In this document: positions 48,942-57,609 of the stretch, in pieces
Layout: each line of letters begins with the position of its first letter
Position numbering within the stretch: the stretch's first letter is position 1
DNA from: Thermoanaerobaculia bacterium
Lineage (GTDB): Bacteria; Acidobacteriota; Thermoanaerobaculia; Multivoradales; Multivoraceae
NCBI GenBank assembly: GCA_965116145.1
Contig: OZ220482.1
Span: forward strand, 1,089,450-1,153,449
Direction of reading: 5' to 3'
DNA length: 64,000 nt
Position numbers and translations under genes: made by a program
The notes under the pieces: model-generated
What the model saw: the letters and a program-made list of their open reading frames with translations, nothing else
Databases searched by the model: none
What the model was told of the DNA's origin: nothing

Positions 48942-49811
48942 TCATGCGTCGTCCGTCGCTCCGGCCGAGGCAGCGGCTTCGTCCACCACCGGTGTCTGCC
49001 CGGCCCGGCCGCCGCGCTGGCCGCGCAACGCGAGATCGACGCCGACCAGCCGCCGGTTGCCCTCGACCCGGCTGGAGCTGCCGCGGATCTCGCGCAGCAC
49101 CAGGTAGTCGGCAAAGGCGGCCTCGACGTTGGCGCTGTAGCCCATCGCGTCCTGGGCCTTGTTCACCGCGAGCTTGCCCAACCGCAGCACCTCCGGATCG
49201 TTCTCCGCGACCCGCTCGGCGTAGGCCATCGTCTCGCGTTCCAGCTCGTCCTCGCCGCAGACCCGGTTGACGAGACCCAGCTCGCGTGCTTCCTCGGCAT
49301 CGATGAAGCGGCTCTCGAACAGCAGCTCCTTCGCCTTGCGCGGATGGATGTCCCAGGGCACGGTGAACGTCTCGAACAGACTCGCCAGGAAACGGGCGCT
49401 CGGCGCGGCGAAGATCAGGTCCATCGACGCCGCGATCATCCAGCCGCCGAAGATGCAGTAGCCGTGGACCATCGCGATCGTCGGCTTGGGCAGGTTGCGC
49501 CACTTGACCGTATTGTCCAGGTTGTACCAGCGGAACGCTTCGTACCAGTCCAGACCGACCCACTCGGTGAGCCCGCGGGCCTCGATGTCCGCCTGCTGCT
49601 CCGGGGTGCCCAGGTCGTGGCCGGATGAAAAGTGCCTGCCGTCCCCCTTCAGCACGACGACCCGAACGTCGCTGTCGGCCATCGCCCGGTCGAGCTGCCG
49701 ATCAAGATCGTCGAGCAGCTTCCAGCTCTGCGCGTTGTGGTAGCGGGCGCGGTCCAGCGTCAGCACGGCGACCGGCCCGCGCCGCTCGTATCGAACCTCG
49801 TCTGTTGTCAT
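48942..49811 (-). CDS. Enoyl-CoA hydratase/isomerase family protein
   Basis: FSSGHDL, PKPTIAMVHGYCIFGG and AEEARELGLVN motifs; start at MTTDEV. Confidence 0.92.
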   Translation of the reverse strand: MTTDEVRYERRGPVAVLTLDRARYHNAQSWKLLDDLDRQLDRAMADSDVRVVVLKGDGRHFSSGHDLGTPEQQADIEARGLTEWVGLDWYEAFRWYNLDNTVKWRNLPKPTIAMVHGYCIFGGWMIAASMDLIFAAPSARFLASLFETFTVPWDIHPRKAKELLFESRFIDAEEARELGLVNRVCGEDELERETMAYAERVAENDPEVLRLGKLAVNKAQDAMGYSANVEAAFADYLVLREIRGSSSRVEGNRRLVGVDLALRGQRGGRAGQTPVVDEAAASAGATDDA

Positions 49812-49859
49812 GGTCCTTGCCCTCGGCTCGGGATGTGTCCAGGAAGCCGACAAAGCGTA

Positions 49860-50046
49860 GCAATCCGCGGCGAACGGCGGCGCGCCTGTCTGCCTGCGAC
49901 GACACCGGCAAGCCCGAGCGGTCCCTGAACCGCCCTCGGTCAGGTCCCGCGGCAGCCGTGGCGACCACATGCGGGATGGAGGGGTAGCGCCGTCGGGCGG
50001 GCAAGGTGGACACGAACGCAGCACGACTCTTGTCTTGCCAGGACTG
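49860..50046. repeat. Highly degenerate MITE-related sequence
   Basis: TAGCAATCCGCGGCGAA at the left and CGAACGCAGCACGACT...GCCAGGACTG at the right resemble the MITE ends. Confidence 0.4.
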
Positions 50047-50067
50047 TTGTACTAACGTGCGCCGCCG

Positions 50068-50460
50068 ATGCGGCGCCGGAGCGACTCGCCCAGGAGCAAC
50101 TCACTGCTTTCCACCGTCAGCGCGCTTGGGCTGACGGTCGCCACGCTGTTCAGCGGAGCGTGGGAAGCGAGCGGGCACGGCCACGACCCGGCCACGGAGA
50201 ATGCGGGTCGGTGCACGGTCGAGTACGACGCCGAGATCGCCAGGTCCCCGAACCGCGCCGTCATCACCAGCGCCGCAGCGCCGCACGACCACTCGTGCCT
50301 CGCCTGCGAGCTCGGACGCTCGAAGACCACGGCCAACGGCGGAGCCGCCGGGCTCAGCCCCCGCGACCGTCTGCCGGCCGCGGAAGGCATCCCGAGCAAG
50401 GGACGCCCGCAGACCGGCGAGCGCTGGCAGCAGACCGCCCGCGGGCCGCCCCGGGTCTGA
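50068..50460 (+). CDS. DUF2946-like leader protein 1 (signal/TM, HDHSCLAC, C-terminal RGPP)
   Basis: 130-aa ORF upstream of a TonB receptor. The paralog at 53643 keeps the frame and all motifs. Confidence 0.8.
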   Translation: MRRRSDSPRSNSLLSTVSALGLTVATLFSGAWEASGHGHDPATENAGRCTVEYDAEIARSPNRAVITSAAAPHDHSCLACELGRSKTTANGGAAGLSPRDRLPAAEGIPSKGRPQTGERWQQTARGPPRV

Positions 50461-50738
50461 GTCCATAGCACCTCCGATCCCGACCCTGAGCGTCAGTCGC
50501 GCCGGAGTCGGTCGGAAGCCGCCGCGGACAACAGCGCCCCCTTCGTCGGGGGAACACCGACAGAGCCCGTCGCTGGCTCGTCGGCCCGTCGCTGCCAGTC
50601 TGGCTGACAGGCAGGAGTCGCAGGTCGCAAGACCGACGACTGGCTGTCTGTGCCTGGCTGCCAGTGCGGCCGCCAGCAGTCAGCAACCAGCAGCCAGCAC
50701 TTATCGATTCAGACCGAACTACCCAGGAGTTCTCCTAC

Positions 50739-53114
50739 ATGCTCTCCCTTCAGATCAGGCCTTCACATCTCTCGCCTCCGCTCCGCTACCGAGCGGCCGC
50801 GGGCGCCGTTCTCGCCGTCCTGGCTCTTCTTCTCGTTCCACCGGCAGCCAGCGCCCAGGAAACCGGATCCGTCGTCGGCAACCTCGAAACCGACGGCGAG
50901 AGGATCGTCCTCGCCGTGGCGCGGATTCCCGAGCTGGGCATCAGTACCGCGGTCTCAACGGACGGCGCGTTCCGCTTCGACGAGCTGCCGACCGGCGCCT
51001 GGCTAGTCGTCGTCGACGTTCCAGCCGTCGGCACGGCCCAGGGCACGGTGACGGTCACCGGCGGCGCCGAAGCGGCGATCGATCTGGAGATGCGCCATGG
51101 CATGCACTCGGACGAGATCGTCATCACCGCGACCGGCGACCTGCGCCGCGCCTCGGAGCTGGCGACTCCTGTCACCGTGCTGTCGGCCACGGACCTCCAG
51201 TTGCGCCAGGGCGCCACCTTGGGCGAGACGCTCGAAGGTGAACCCGGCGTGGCGTCAACCGCGTTCGTACCCGGCGTCGGGCGGCCCGTCATCCGCGGTC
51301 TGACCGGCGCCCGGGTGCGGGTGCTGGAAGGCGGTATCGACAGCGGCGACACCTCCGCCGCCAGCCCCGACCACGCGGTGACCTTCGAACCGGCGCACGC
51401 CACGAGAATCGAAGTGCTGCGCGGCCCCGCCACGCTCCGCTACGGCTCGGAGGCCATCGGCGGCGTGGTCAACGTGATCGACGGACGGATTCCCGAAGAA
51501 AGGCCGGTCCGGACAGTCCGCGGCACGATCGACCTGCGCGGCGGCTCGGCCGCTGACGAACAGATGGGTGCGGTCCAGCTCACCGGCGGCAGCGGCGACT
51601 GGGCCTGGCACCTCGGCGCCGTCAGCCGGGAGACCGATCCCTACGACATCCCCGGTTTCGCGCGTGTCGAGGAGGATCACGACGACCATGACGACCATGA
51701 CGATCACGACGACGAAGCGGAGAACTCGTTCGGAGTCGTTCCGAACACCGGGCTGACCAACGAGAGCGGACGGTTCGGCTTCACCCGGTTCTTCGGTGAC
51801 CGCGGTTTCATCGGCGCCTCGGTCAGCGGCTTCGACACGAACTACGGAATTCCTCCTGGCGCTCACACCCACGCGCACGAAGAAGATGGCCACGACGACC
51901 ACGACGACCACGAGGACCATGACGATCACGATGACCACGATGACGTCCCGATCCGCATCGACATGAAGCAGCGCCGCGCGGACCTTCGGGCCGAGGCCCT
52001 GCCAACCGGCGGCGTCTTCCAGCGGATCGCGGTTCAGATGGCGGGGACCGACTACGAGCACGTCGAGCTCGAGGGCACGAGAGCCGGCACGCTGTTCTTC
52101 AACGAGTTCTTCGAGACCCGGGTCGAGATGTTCCAGCGCGAGCGCGACCGCAACCGCGGCTCAGTCGGTCTCCAGTACACCGACCGCAACATCTCCGTGT
52201 TCGGCGAGGAGGCGGTCGTGCCCCCCACGCAGTCCCGGGGATGGGCGCTCTTCACCTCCCAGGAGATAGAGGCCGGCCCCGTCCGCTGGCAGTTCGGTGC
52301 GCGCCTGGAGACGCTCGATCACAACCCGACCGGCTCCGCCAGCGACAGGTCGCGCGACGGCGTGTCCGCTTCCGCCGGCCTGGTCTGGGACACCGACTCC
52401 GTCTGGACGCTCGGCGTGTCGGCAGCCCGCTCGGTCCGCATGCCGAGCGCAGAGGAGCTCTACTCCGACGGCGTGCACGCGGCCACCAGCTACTACGAGA
52501 TCGGCGATCCGAACCTGGGCAACGAGGTCGGGACCGGGGTCGACGTGTCGCTGCGAAGAACGGAAGGCCGCCTGACCGGCGTGCTGACCTTCTTCCGCCA
52601 GAACTTCAGCGACTTCATCTACCAGGCCTTCACCGGCGAAGAGAAGCATGGAGCCTCGGTGTTGCGCTCCAACCAGAGGGACGCGACGATGACCGGCGCC
52701 GAGCTCCGGACCCGGATCGAAGTCGTTGATGTCGGCGGGCATCACATGCACGTGGAGCTGCTGGGAGACACGGTCGACGCGGAGATCGACGCCGGCGGCA
52801 ACCTCCCCCGGACCCCGCCGATGGGCTTCGGCGCCGGACTGCACTACCACGGTCATGACTGGCGGGCCGCCGTCGAGGGACGCTGGATCGACAACCAGAA
52901 CGACGTCGCGGAACTCGAAACCCCGACGGAGGGCTATACGATCGTGAACGCCCACGTCGGCCGACGCGTGATCCTTGGCAACCGGATCCTCGACGTGCTC
53001 CTGCGCGGACGCAACCTGACCGACGAGGAAGCCCGCGTCCACACATCGTTCCTGAAGAACTTCGCTCCGCTGCCAGGACGTGACGTAACGCTCTCGGCCC
53101 GTTTCTGGTTCTGA
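50739..53114 (+). CDS. TonB-dependent receptor, ZnuD-like with His/Asp-rich loops (copy 1)
   Basis: Signal peptide, N-terminal carboxypeptidase-regulatory-like domain, GRPVIRGL, SPDHAV, IEVLRGPATLRYGS.AIGGVVN plug motif, (DDH)n loops, terminal F. Confidence 0.93.
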   Translation: MLSLQIRPSHLSPPLRYRAAAGAVLAVLALLLVPPAASAQETGSVVGNLETDGERIVLAVARIPELGISTAVSTDGAFRFDELPTGAWLVVVDVPAVGTAQGTVTVTGGAEAAIDLEMRHGMHSDEIVITATGDLRRASELATPVTVLSATDLQLRQGATLGETLEGEPGVASTAFVPGVGRPVIRGLTGARVRVLEGGIDSGDTSAASPDHAVTFEPAHATRIEVLRGPATLRYGSEAIGGVVNVIDGRIPEERPVRTVRGTIDLRGGSAADEQMGAVQLTGGSGDWAWHLGAVSRETDPYDIPGFARVEEDHDDHDDHDDHDDEAENSFGVVPNTGLTNESGRFGFTRFFGDRGFIGASVSGFDTNYGIPPGAHTHAHEEDGHDDHDDHEDHDDHDDHDDVPIRIDMKQRRADLRAEALPTGGVFQRIAVQMAGTDYEHVELEGTRAGTLFFNEFFETRVEMFQRERDRNRGSVGLQYTDRNISVFGEEAVVPPTQSRGWALFTSQEIEAGPVRWQFGARLETLDHNPTGSASDRSRDGVSASAGLVWDTDSVWTLGVSAARSVRMPSAEELYSDGVHAATSYYEIGDPNLGNEVGTGVDVSLRRTEGRLTGVLTFFRQNFSDFIYQAFTGEEKHGASVLRSNQRDATMTGAELRTRIEVVDVGGHHMHVELLGDTVDAEIDAGGNLPRTPPMGFGAGLHYHGHDWRAAVEGRWIDNQNDVAELETPTEGYTIVNAHVGRRVILGNRILDVLLRGRNLTDEEARVHTSFLKNFAPLPGRDVTLSARFWF

Positions 53115-53130
53115 AGCCAGCCAGCCTGAA

Positions 53131-53195
53131 CGAACCCGTTGGGGGTTGGGGCCGAAGAGACCGGAGTCCGTCCGGCCGGCAACCCCCAAACGGGG
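53131..53195. repeat. Hairpin related to the tRNA-Glu-linked repeat unit
   Basis: CGAACCCGTTGGGGG...ACCCCCAAACGGG, homologous to 56860-56925. Confidence 0.6.
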
Positions 53196-53364
53196 CCTGG
53201 CTCCAGACACACGCATGGAGCGAACCGCAACCGGATCCTGCCGCCGCGGTTCCGGCGGCGGCTGGCGGTCGAGGCGGCGGCGGACCCTGGGCTGGAAACG
53301 AAGGACGCGAACACCGACCACCCCGGCGCGGGCGCGGATCGACAATCTGCATGCCGCAGCACAT

Positions 53365-53552
53365 CCAGCCCGTGGCAAGAGTCACGCTGCATTCGTTCAG
53401 CCATGCGTCCACACGGCTGCGTTGCTCTTCGGTCACCTGCGCCCCATGTGCGTACGTTCCCGTCGGTCTGGCGGCTGCCACCGTGGTCGCGCCTTGACGG
53501 ACGGGCGCCTGGACCGCTCTCGGTGCGACCCGCACTCTTCGCCGCGGGCTGC
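53365..53552. mobile_element. Degenerate MITE copy in reverse orientation
   Basis: CAGCCCGTGGCAAGAGTC..GCTGCATTCG..GGCTGCGTTGCTCTTCG...GCGCCTTGACGGACGGGCGCCTG.ACCGCTCTCGGTGCGA..GCGGGCTGC matches the reverse complement of copy 1. Confidence 0.78.
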
Positions 53553-53642
53553 CAGGCGAGGAGCAACGCAGCCGCGCGATGTTCCTCACGGGTTGCCAGG
53601 CCGCCAGTCACCGTGCAGAAACCTGTCTGCTACTGTCCGCCG

Positions 53643-54029
53643 ATGCGTCGCAGGACGGACTCACTGCTTGCCGCCGTCAACGCGCTTGCGCTGACGGTCG
53701 CCACCCTGTTCACCGGGGCGTGGGACGCGAGCGGGCACGGCCACGACCCGGACGCAGAGAACGCGGGCCGGTGCACGGTCGATCACGAAGGCGGGATCGA
53801 CGAGACCGCCGCGTCCACGAGCCGGGCCGCCATCACCGGGGCCGGAGCGTCGCACGACCACTCTTGCGTGGCCTGCCTGCTCGGCCGCTCCAGGACCACC
53901 GCAGCAGGCAAGGCCGTCGGGCCTGGCCCCCGGGACCGCCTGCCGGCCGCGCAAGGAACCCCGAGCAAGAGCAGCCCGCAGACCGGCGAGCGCTGGCAGC
54001 AGGCCGCCCGCGGGCCGCCCCGGGCCTGA
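53643..54029 (+). CDS. DUF2946-like leader protein 2 (signal/TM, HDHSCVAC, C-terminal RGPP)
   Basis: 128 aa from MRRRTDS (3' part of ORF 53139..54029). TGnTACTGT lies 6 nt before the ATG, suggesting a leaderless mRNA. Confidence 0.8.
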   Translation: MRRRTDSLLAAVNALALTVATLFTGAWDASGHGHDPDAENAGRCTVDHEGGIDETAASTSRAAITGAGASHDHSCVACLLGRSRTTAAGKAVGPGPRDRLPAAQGTPSKSSPQTGERWQQAARGPPRA

Positions 54030-54279
54030 GTCTGCAGGACCTCCGATCCCGGCCCTGAGCGCCAGTCGCACCGGAGCCGGTCGCAGGCCGCCGCGGACAA
54101 CAGCGCCCCTTTGTCGACGCAACACCGACAGAGCCCGTCGCTGCCAGCCTGGCTGACACGCACGAATCGCAGGTCACAAGACCGACGGTTCGTTTCTATG
54201 CGCCTGCTGTCGGCGCGGCTGCCAGCAGCCAGTACCTCCCGCCTTGACTCGGACAGAACTACCCAGGAATTACCTCACC

Positions 54280-56841
54280 ATGCTCTCTCTGCTCTCTCTT
54301 CAGACCATGCCTTCCCGTCCCTTGTCGCCGCTCCGCTGCCGAGCGGCCGCGGGCGCCGTTCTCGCCGCCCTGATCCTTCTCCTCGTGCCACCGGCGACCG
54401 TCGCCCAGGAAACCGGCTCCGTCGTCGGCAAGGTCGAAACTCACGGCGAGAGGATCGTCCTCGCCGTGGCGCGGATTCCCGAACTGGGCATCAGCACCGC
54501 GGTCTCCACGGACGGTGCATTCCGCTTCGACGAGCTGCCGGCCGGCGCCTGGCTCGTCGTCGTCGACATCCCGGCCTTCGGCACGGCCCAGGGCATGGTG
54601 ACGGTCACCGGCGGCGCCGAGGAGGCTATCGACCTGGAGATGCGCCATGGTGTGCACTCGGACGAGATCGTCGTCACCGCAACTGGCGACCTGCGCCGCG
54701 CCTCGGAGCTGGCCAACCCCGTCACCGTCCTGTCGGCCACGGATCTCCAGTTGCGACTGGGCGCCACCCTGGGCGAGACACTCGAAAGCGAACCCGGCGT
54801 GGCGTCGACCGCCTTCGTACCCGGCGCCGCGCGGCCGATCATCCGCGGTCTGACCGGCGCCCGGGTGCGGGTGCTGGAAGGCGGTCTCGACAGCGGCGAC
54901 ACCTCCGCCGCCAGCCCCGACCACGCGGTGACCTTCGAACCGGCGCAAGCCGAGCAGATCGAAGTACTGCGCGGCCCCGCCACGCTCCGCTACGGCTCGG
55001 AGGCCATCGGCGGCGTGGTCAACGTGATCGACGGACGGATTCCCACCGAGAGGCCGGTCCGGGCAGTCGGCGGCACGTTCGACCTGCGCGGCGGCTCGGC
55101 TGCCGACGAACGGATGGGGGCGGTCCAGCTCGACGGCGGCAGCGGCGACTGGGCCTGGCACCTCGGCGCCGTCAGCCGGGAGACCGATCCCTACGACATC
55201 CCCGGCTACGCACGTGTCGAGGAAGATCACGACGACCATGACGACGGCGATGACCATGACGACGGCGACGATCACGACGACGGCGATGACCATGACGATC
55301 ACGATGACCACGAGGATGAAGACCACGACGACGACCATGACCACGAAGCGGAGAACTCCTTCGGAATGGTCCCGAACACCGGATTGACCACCGAGAGCGG
55401 ACGGTTCGGCTTCACCCGGTTCTTCGGCGACCGCGGCTTCATCGGGGTCTCGGTCAGCGGCTTCGACACGGACTACGGACTACCTCCCGGCGCCCACAGT
55501 CACGCGCATGAGGAAGATGATCACGACGACCATGATGGTCACGACGACGGCGACGACCATGACGATCACGACGACGGCGACGATCACGACGACGGCGACG
55601 ATCACGACGATGGCGATGACCATGACGATCATGATGACCACGACGATCACGACGACCACGGAGACGAGGAACTCCCGATCCGCGTCGACATGAAGCAGCG
55701 TCGCGTGGACGTTCGGGCCGAGGCTCTGCCGACCGCCGGCGTCTTCCAGCGGATCAAGGTCCAGATGGCAGGGACCGACTACGAGCACGTCGAGCTCGAG
55801 GGCCCGAGCCCCGGCACGACGTTCTTCAACGAGTTCTTCGAGACCCGGGTCGAGATGTTCCAGCGGGAGCGCGGCCGCAACCGCGGCTCAGTCGGTCTCC
55901 AGTACACCGATCGCGACCTCTCCGCGTTCGGCGAGGAAGCACTCGTGCCTCCCGCGCAGTCCCGGGGATGGGCGGTGTTCACCTCCCAGGAGATCGAGGC
56001 CGGCCCTGTCCGCTGGCAGTTCGGCGCACGCCTGGAGACGCTCGATCACAACCCGACCGGATCCGCCGCCGACAGGTCGCACGACGGCGTATCCGCTTCC
56101 GCCGGCCTGGTCTGGGACGCCGACCCCGCCTGGACGCTCGGCGTGTCGGCAGCCCGCTCGGTCCGCCTGCCGAGCGCTGAAGAGCTCTACTCCGACGGCC
56201 TGCACGTGGCCACCCTGAGTTACGAGATCGGCGATCCGAACCTGAGCAACGAGGTCGGGACCGGGATCGACGTGTCGCTGCGAAGAACGGAAGGCCGCCT
56301 GACCGGCGAGCTGACCTTCTTCCGCCAGAACTTCAGCGACTTCATCTACCAGGCCTTTACCGGCGAAGAGGACCATGGAGCCTCGGTTCTGCGTTTCAGC
56401 CAGAAGGACGCGACGATGACCGGCGCCGAGCTGAGGGCCCGGATCGAGGTCCTGGATGTCGACGACCACCACCTGCACCTGGAGTTCCTCGGCGACACGG
56501 TCGATGCGGACCTTGACGCAGGCGGCAACCTCCCGCGGATCCCGCCGCTGAGCTTCGGCGCCGGAGTCCACTACCACGGTCATCACTGGCGGGCCGCCGT
56601 CGAGGGGCGCTGGATCGACGACCAGAACGACGTCGCGGAAGTCGAAACGCCGACGGAGGGCTACACGATGGTGAACGCCCATGTCGGCCGACGCGTCATC
56701 CTCGGCAACCAGATCCTCGACGTGCTCCTGCGCGGGCGCAACCTGACCGACGAGGAAGCCCGCGTCCACACGTCGTTCCTGAAGAACTTCGCCCCCCTGC
56801 CAGGACGCGACGTCACGCTCTCGGCCCGCTTCTGGTTCTAG
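54280..56841 (+). CDS. TonB-dependent receptor, ZnuD-like with expanded His/Asp-rich loops (copy 2)
   Basis: Close paralog of 50739..53114 with the same C-terminus (PLPGRDVTLSARFWF) and longer (DDGDDH)n loops. Confidence 0.93.
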   Translation: MLSLLSLQTMPSRPLSPLRCRAAAGAVLAALILLLVPPATVAQETGSVVGKVETHGERIVLAVARIPELGISTAVSTDGAFRFDELPAGAWLVVVDIPAFGTAQGMVTVTGGAEEAIDLEMRHGVHSDEIVVTATGDLRRASELANPVTVLSATDLQLRLGATLGETLESEPGVASTAFVPGAARPIIRGLTGARVRVLEGGLDSGDTSAASPDHAVTFEPAQAEQIEVLRGPATLRYGSEAIGGVVNVIDGRIPTERPVRAVGGTFDLRGGSAADERMGAVQLDGGSGDWAWHLGAVSRETDPYDIPGYARVEEDHDDHDDGDDHDDGDDHDDGDDHDDHDDHEDEDHDDDHDHEAENSFGMVPNTGLTTESGRFGFTRFFGDRGFIGVSVSGFDTDYGLPPGAHSHAHEEDDHDDHDGHDDGDDHDDHDDGDDHDDGDDHDDGDDHDDHDDHDDHDDHGDEELPIRVDMKQRRVDVRAEALPTAGVFQRIKVQMAGTDYEHVELEGPSPGTTFFNEFFETRVEMFQRERGRNRGSVGLQYTDRDLSAFGEEALVPPAQSRGWAVFTSQEIEAGPVRWQFGARLETLDHNPTGSAADRSHDGVSASAGLVWDADPAWTLGVSAARSVRLPSAEELYSDGLHVATLSYEIGDPNLSNEVGTGIDVSLRRTEGRLTGELTFFRQNFSDFIYQAFTGEEDHGASVLRFSQKDATMTGAELRARIEVLDVDDHHLHLEFLGDTVDADLDAGGNLPRIPPLSFGAGVHYHGHHWRAAVEGRWIDDQNDVAEVETPTEGYTMVNAHVGRRVILGNQILDVLLRGRNLTDEEARVHTSFLKNFAPLPGRDVTLSARFWF

Positions 56842-56859
56842 CCAGCCAGCCTGCTTGAC

Positions 56860-57415
56860 CGAACCCGTTGGGGGCGCCGAACACACCGGGATCCGCGCCC
56901 GGCCGGCCAACCCCCAACGGATTCGTTACGAGCGCAAGCACCGAGTGCGGAAGCGCGCACGCCGACCATCCCGTTGGGGACGACGATCGCGCCCCAAGGC
57001 GCTACACCGGCAGCACGTAACGGATTCGCGCCAAGCGCAACCGCCGAAGGCGGGGCGCGCACGCCGACCATCCCGTCGGGGACGACGATCGCGCCCCAGG
57101 AGGCTACACCGGCAGCACGTAACGGATTCGCGCCAAGCGCACACGCCGAAGGCGGGATGCGCCCGCCGACTATCCCGTTGGGGACGACGATCGCGCCCCA
57201 GGAGGCTACACCGGCAGCACGTAGCGGATTCGCGCCAAGCGCAACCGCCGAAGGCGGGGCGCGCGCACCGACCATCCCGTCGGGGACGACGATCGCGCCC
57301 CAGGAGGCTACACCGGCAGCACGTAACGGATTCGCGCCAAGCGCAACCGCCGAAGGCGGGGCGCGCACGCCGACTATCCCGTTGGGGGCGGCGATCGCGC
57401 CCCAGGGGGCGCGAT
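56860..57415. repeat. 102-bp tandem repeat array abutting the tRNA-Glu 3' end
   Basis: Unit registers at 56959, 57061, 57163, 57265 and 57367 (four full units and one partial), plus a degenerate unit from 56860. Confidence 0.93.
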
Positions 57416-57492
57416 TGGCGTCCCCAACGGGATTCGAACCCGTGTTGCCAGCTTGAAAGGCTGGAGTCCTGACCTGGCTAGACGATGGGGAC
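57416..57492 (-). tRNA. tRNA-Glu (anticodon TTC), CCA encoded
   Basis: GTCCCCA TC GTCTAGCCAGGTCAGGAC T CCAGC CT-TTC-AA GCTGG CAAC ACGGG TTCGAAT CCCGT TGGGGAC G CCA folds as a cloverleaf. Confidence 0.97.
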
Positions 57493-57609
57493 GCGGATCG
57501 GGGCGCGCACGCCGCGGCCGACCGCTGTCGAACCGCAGAGTATACCCCCGTCACGGCCTCCGGATCCCGCCTGACAACGAGCCGCCATGCGAGCCGCTAT
57601 CCTCCGCGC

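Noticed and set aside
50000-50740. Zur/Fur box or cobalamin riboswitch upstream of the TonB receptors
   Set aside because: No AT-rich palindrome or B12-box motif is recognisable by eye. An Rfam or motif scan would be needed to exclude one fully.
56860-57415. 102-bp array as a CRISPR array
   Set aside because: Units are near-identical over their whole length with no unique spacers, and there are no cas genes in the window.
42717-57492. A single genomic island from the integrase remnant to tRNA-Glu
   Set aside because: No direct duplication of the tRNA 3' end was found near the integrase fragment, and the intervening genes have host-like composition.
56838-57554. ORFs with 34-aa repeats across the array (56974..57456 +, 56855..57472 +, 56838..57554 -)
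   Set aside because: They are open only because the unit is a multiple of 3 and GC-rich. They run through the tRNA and lack an RBS.
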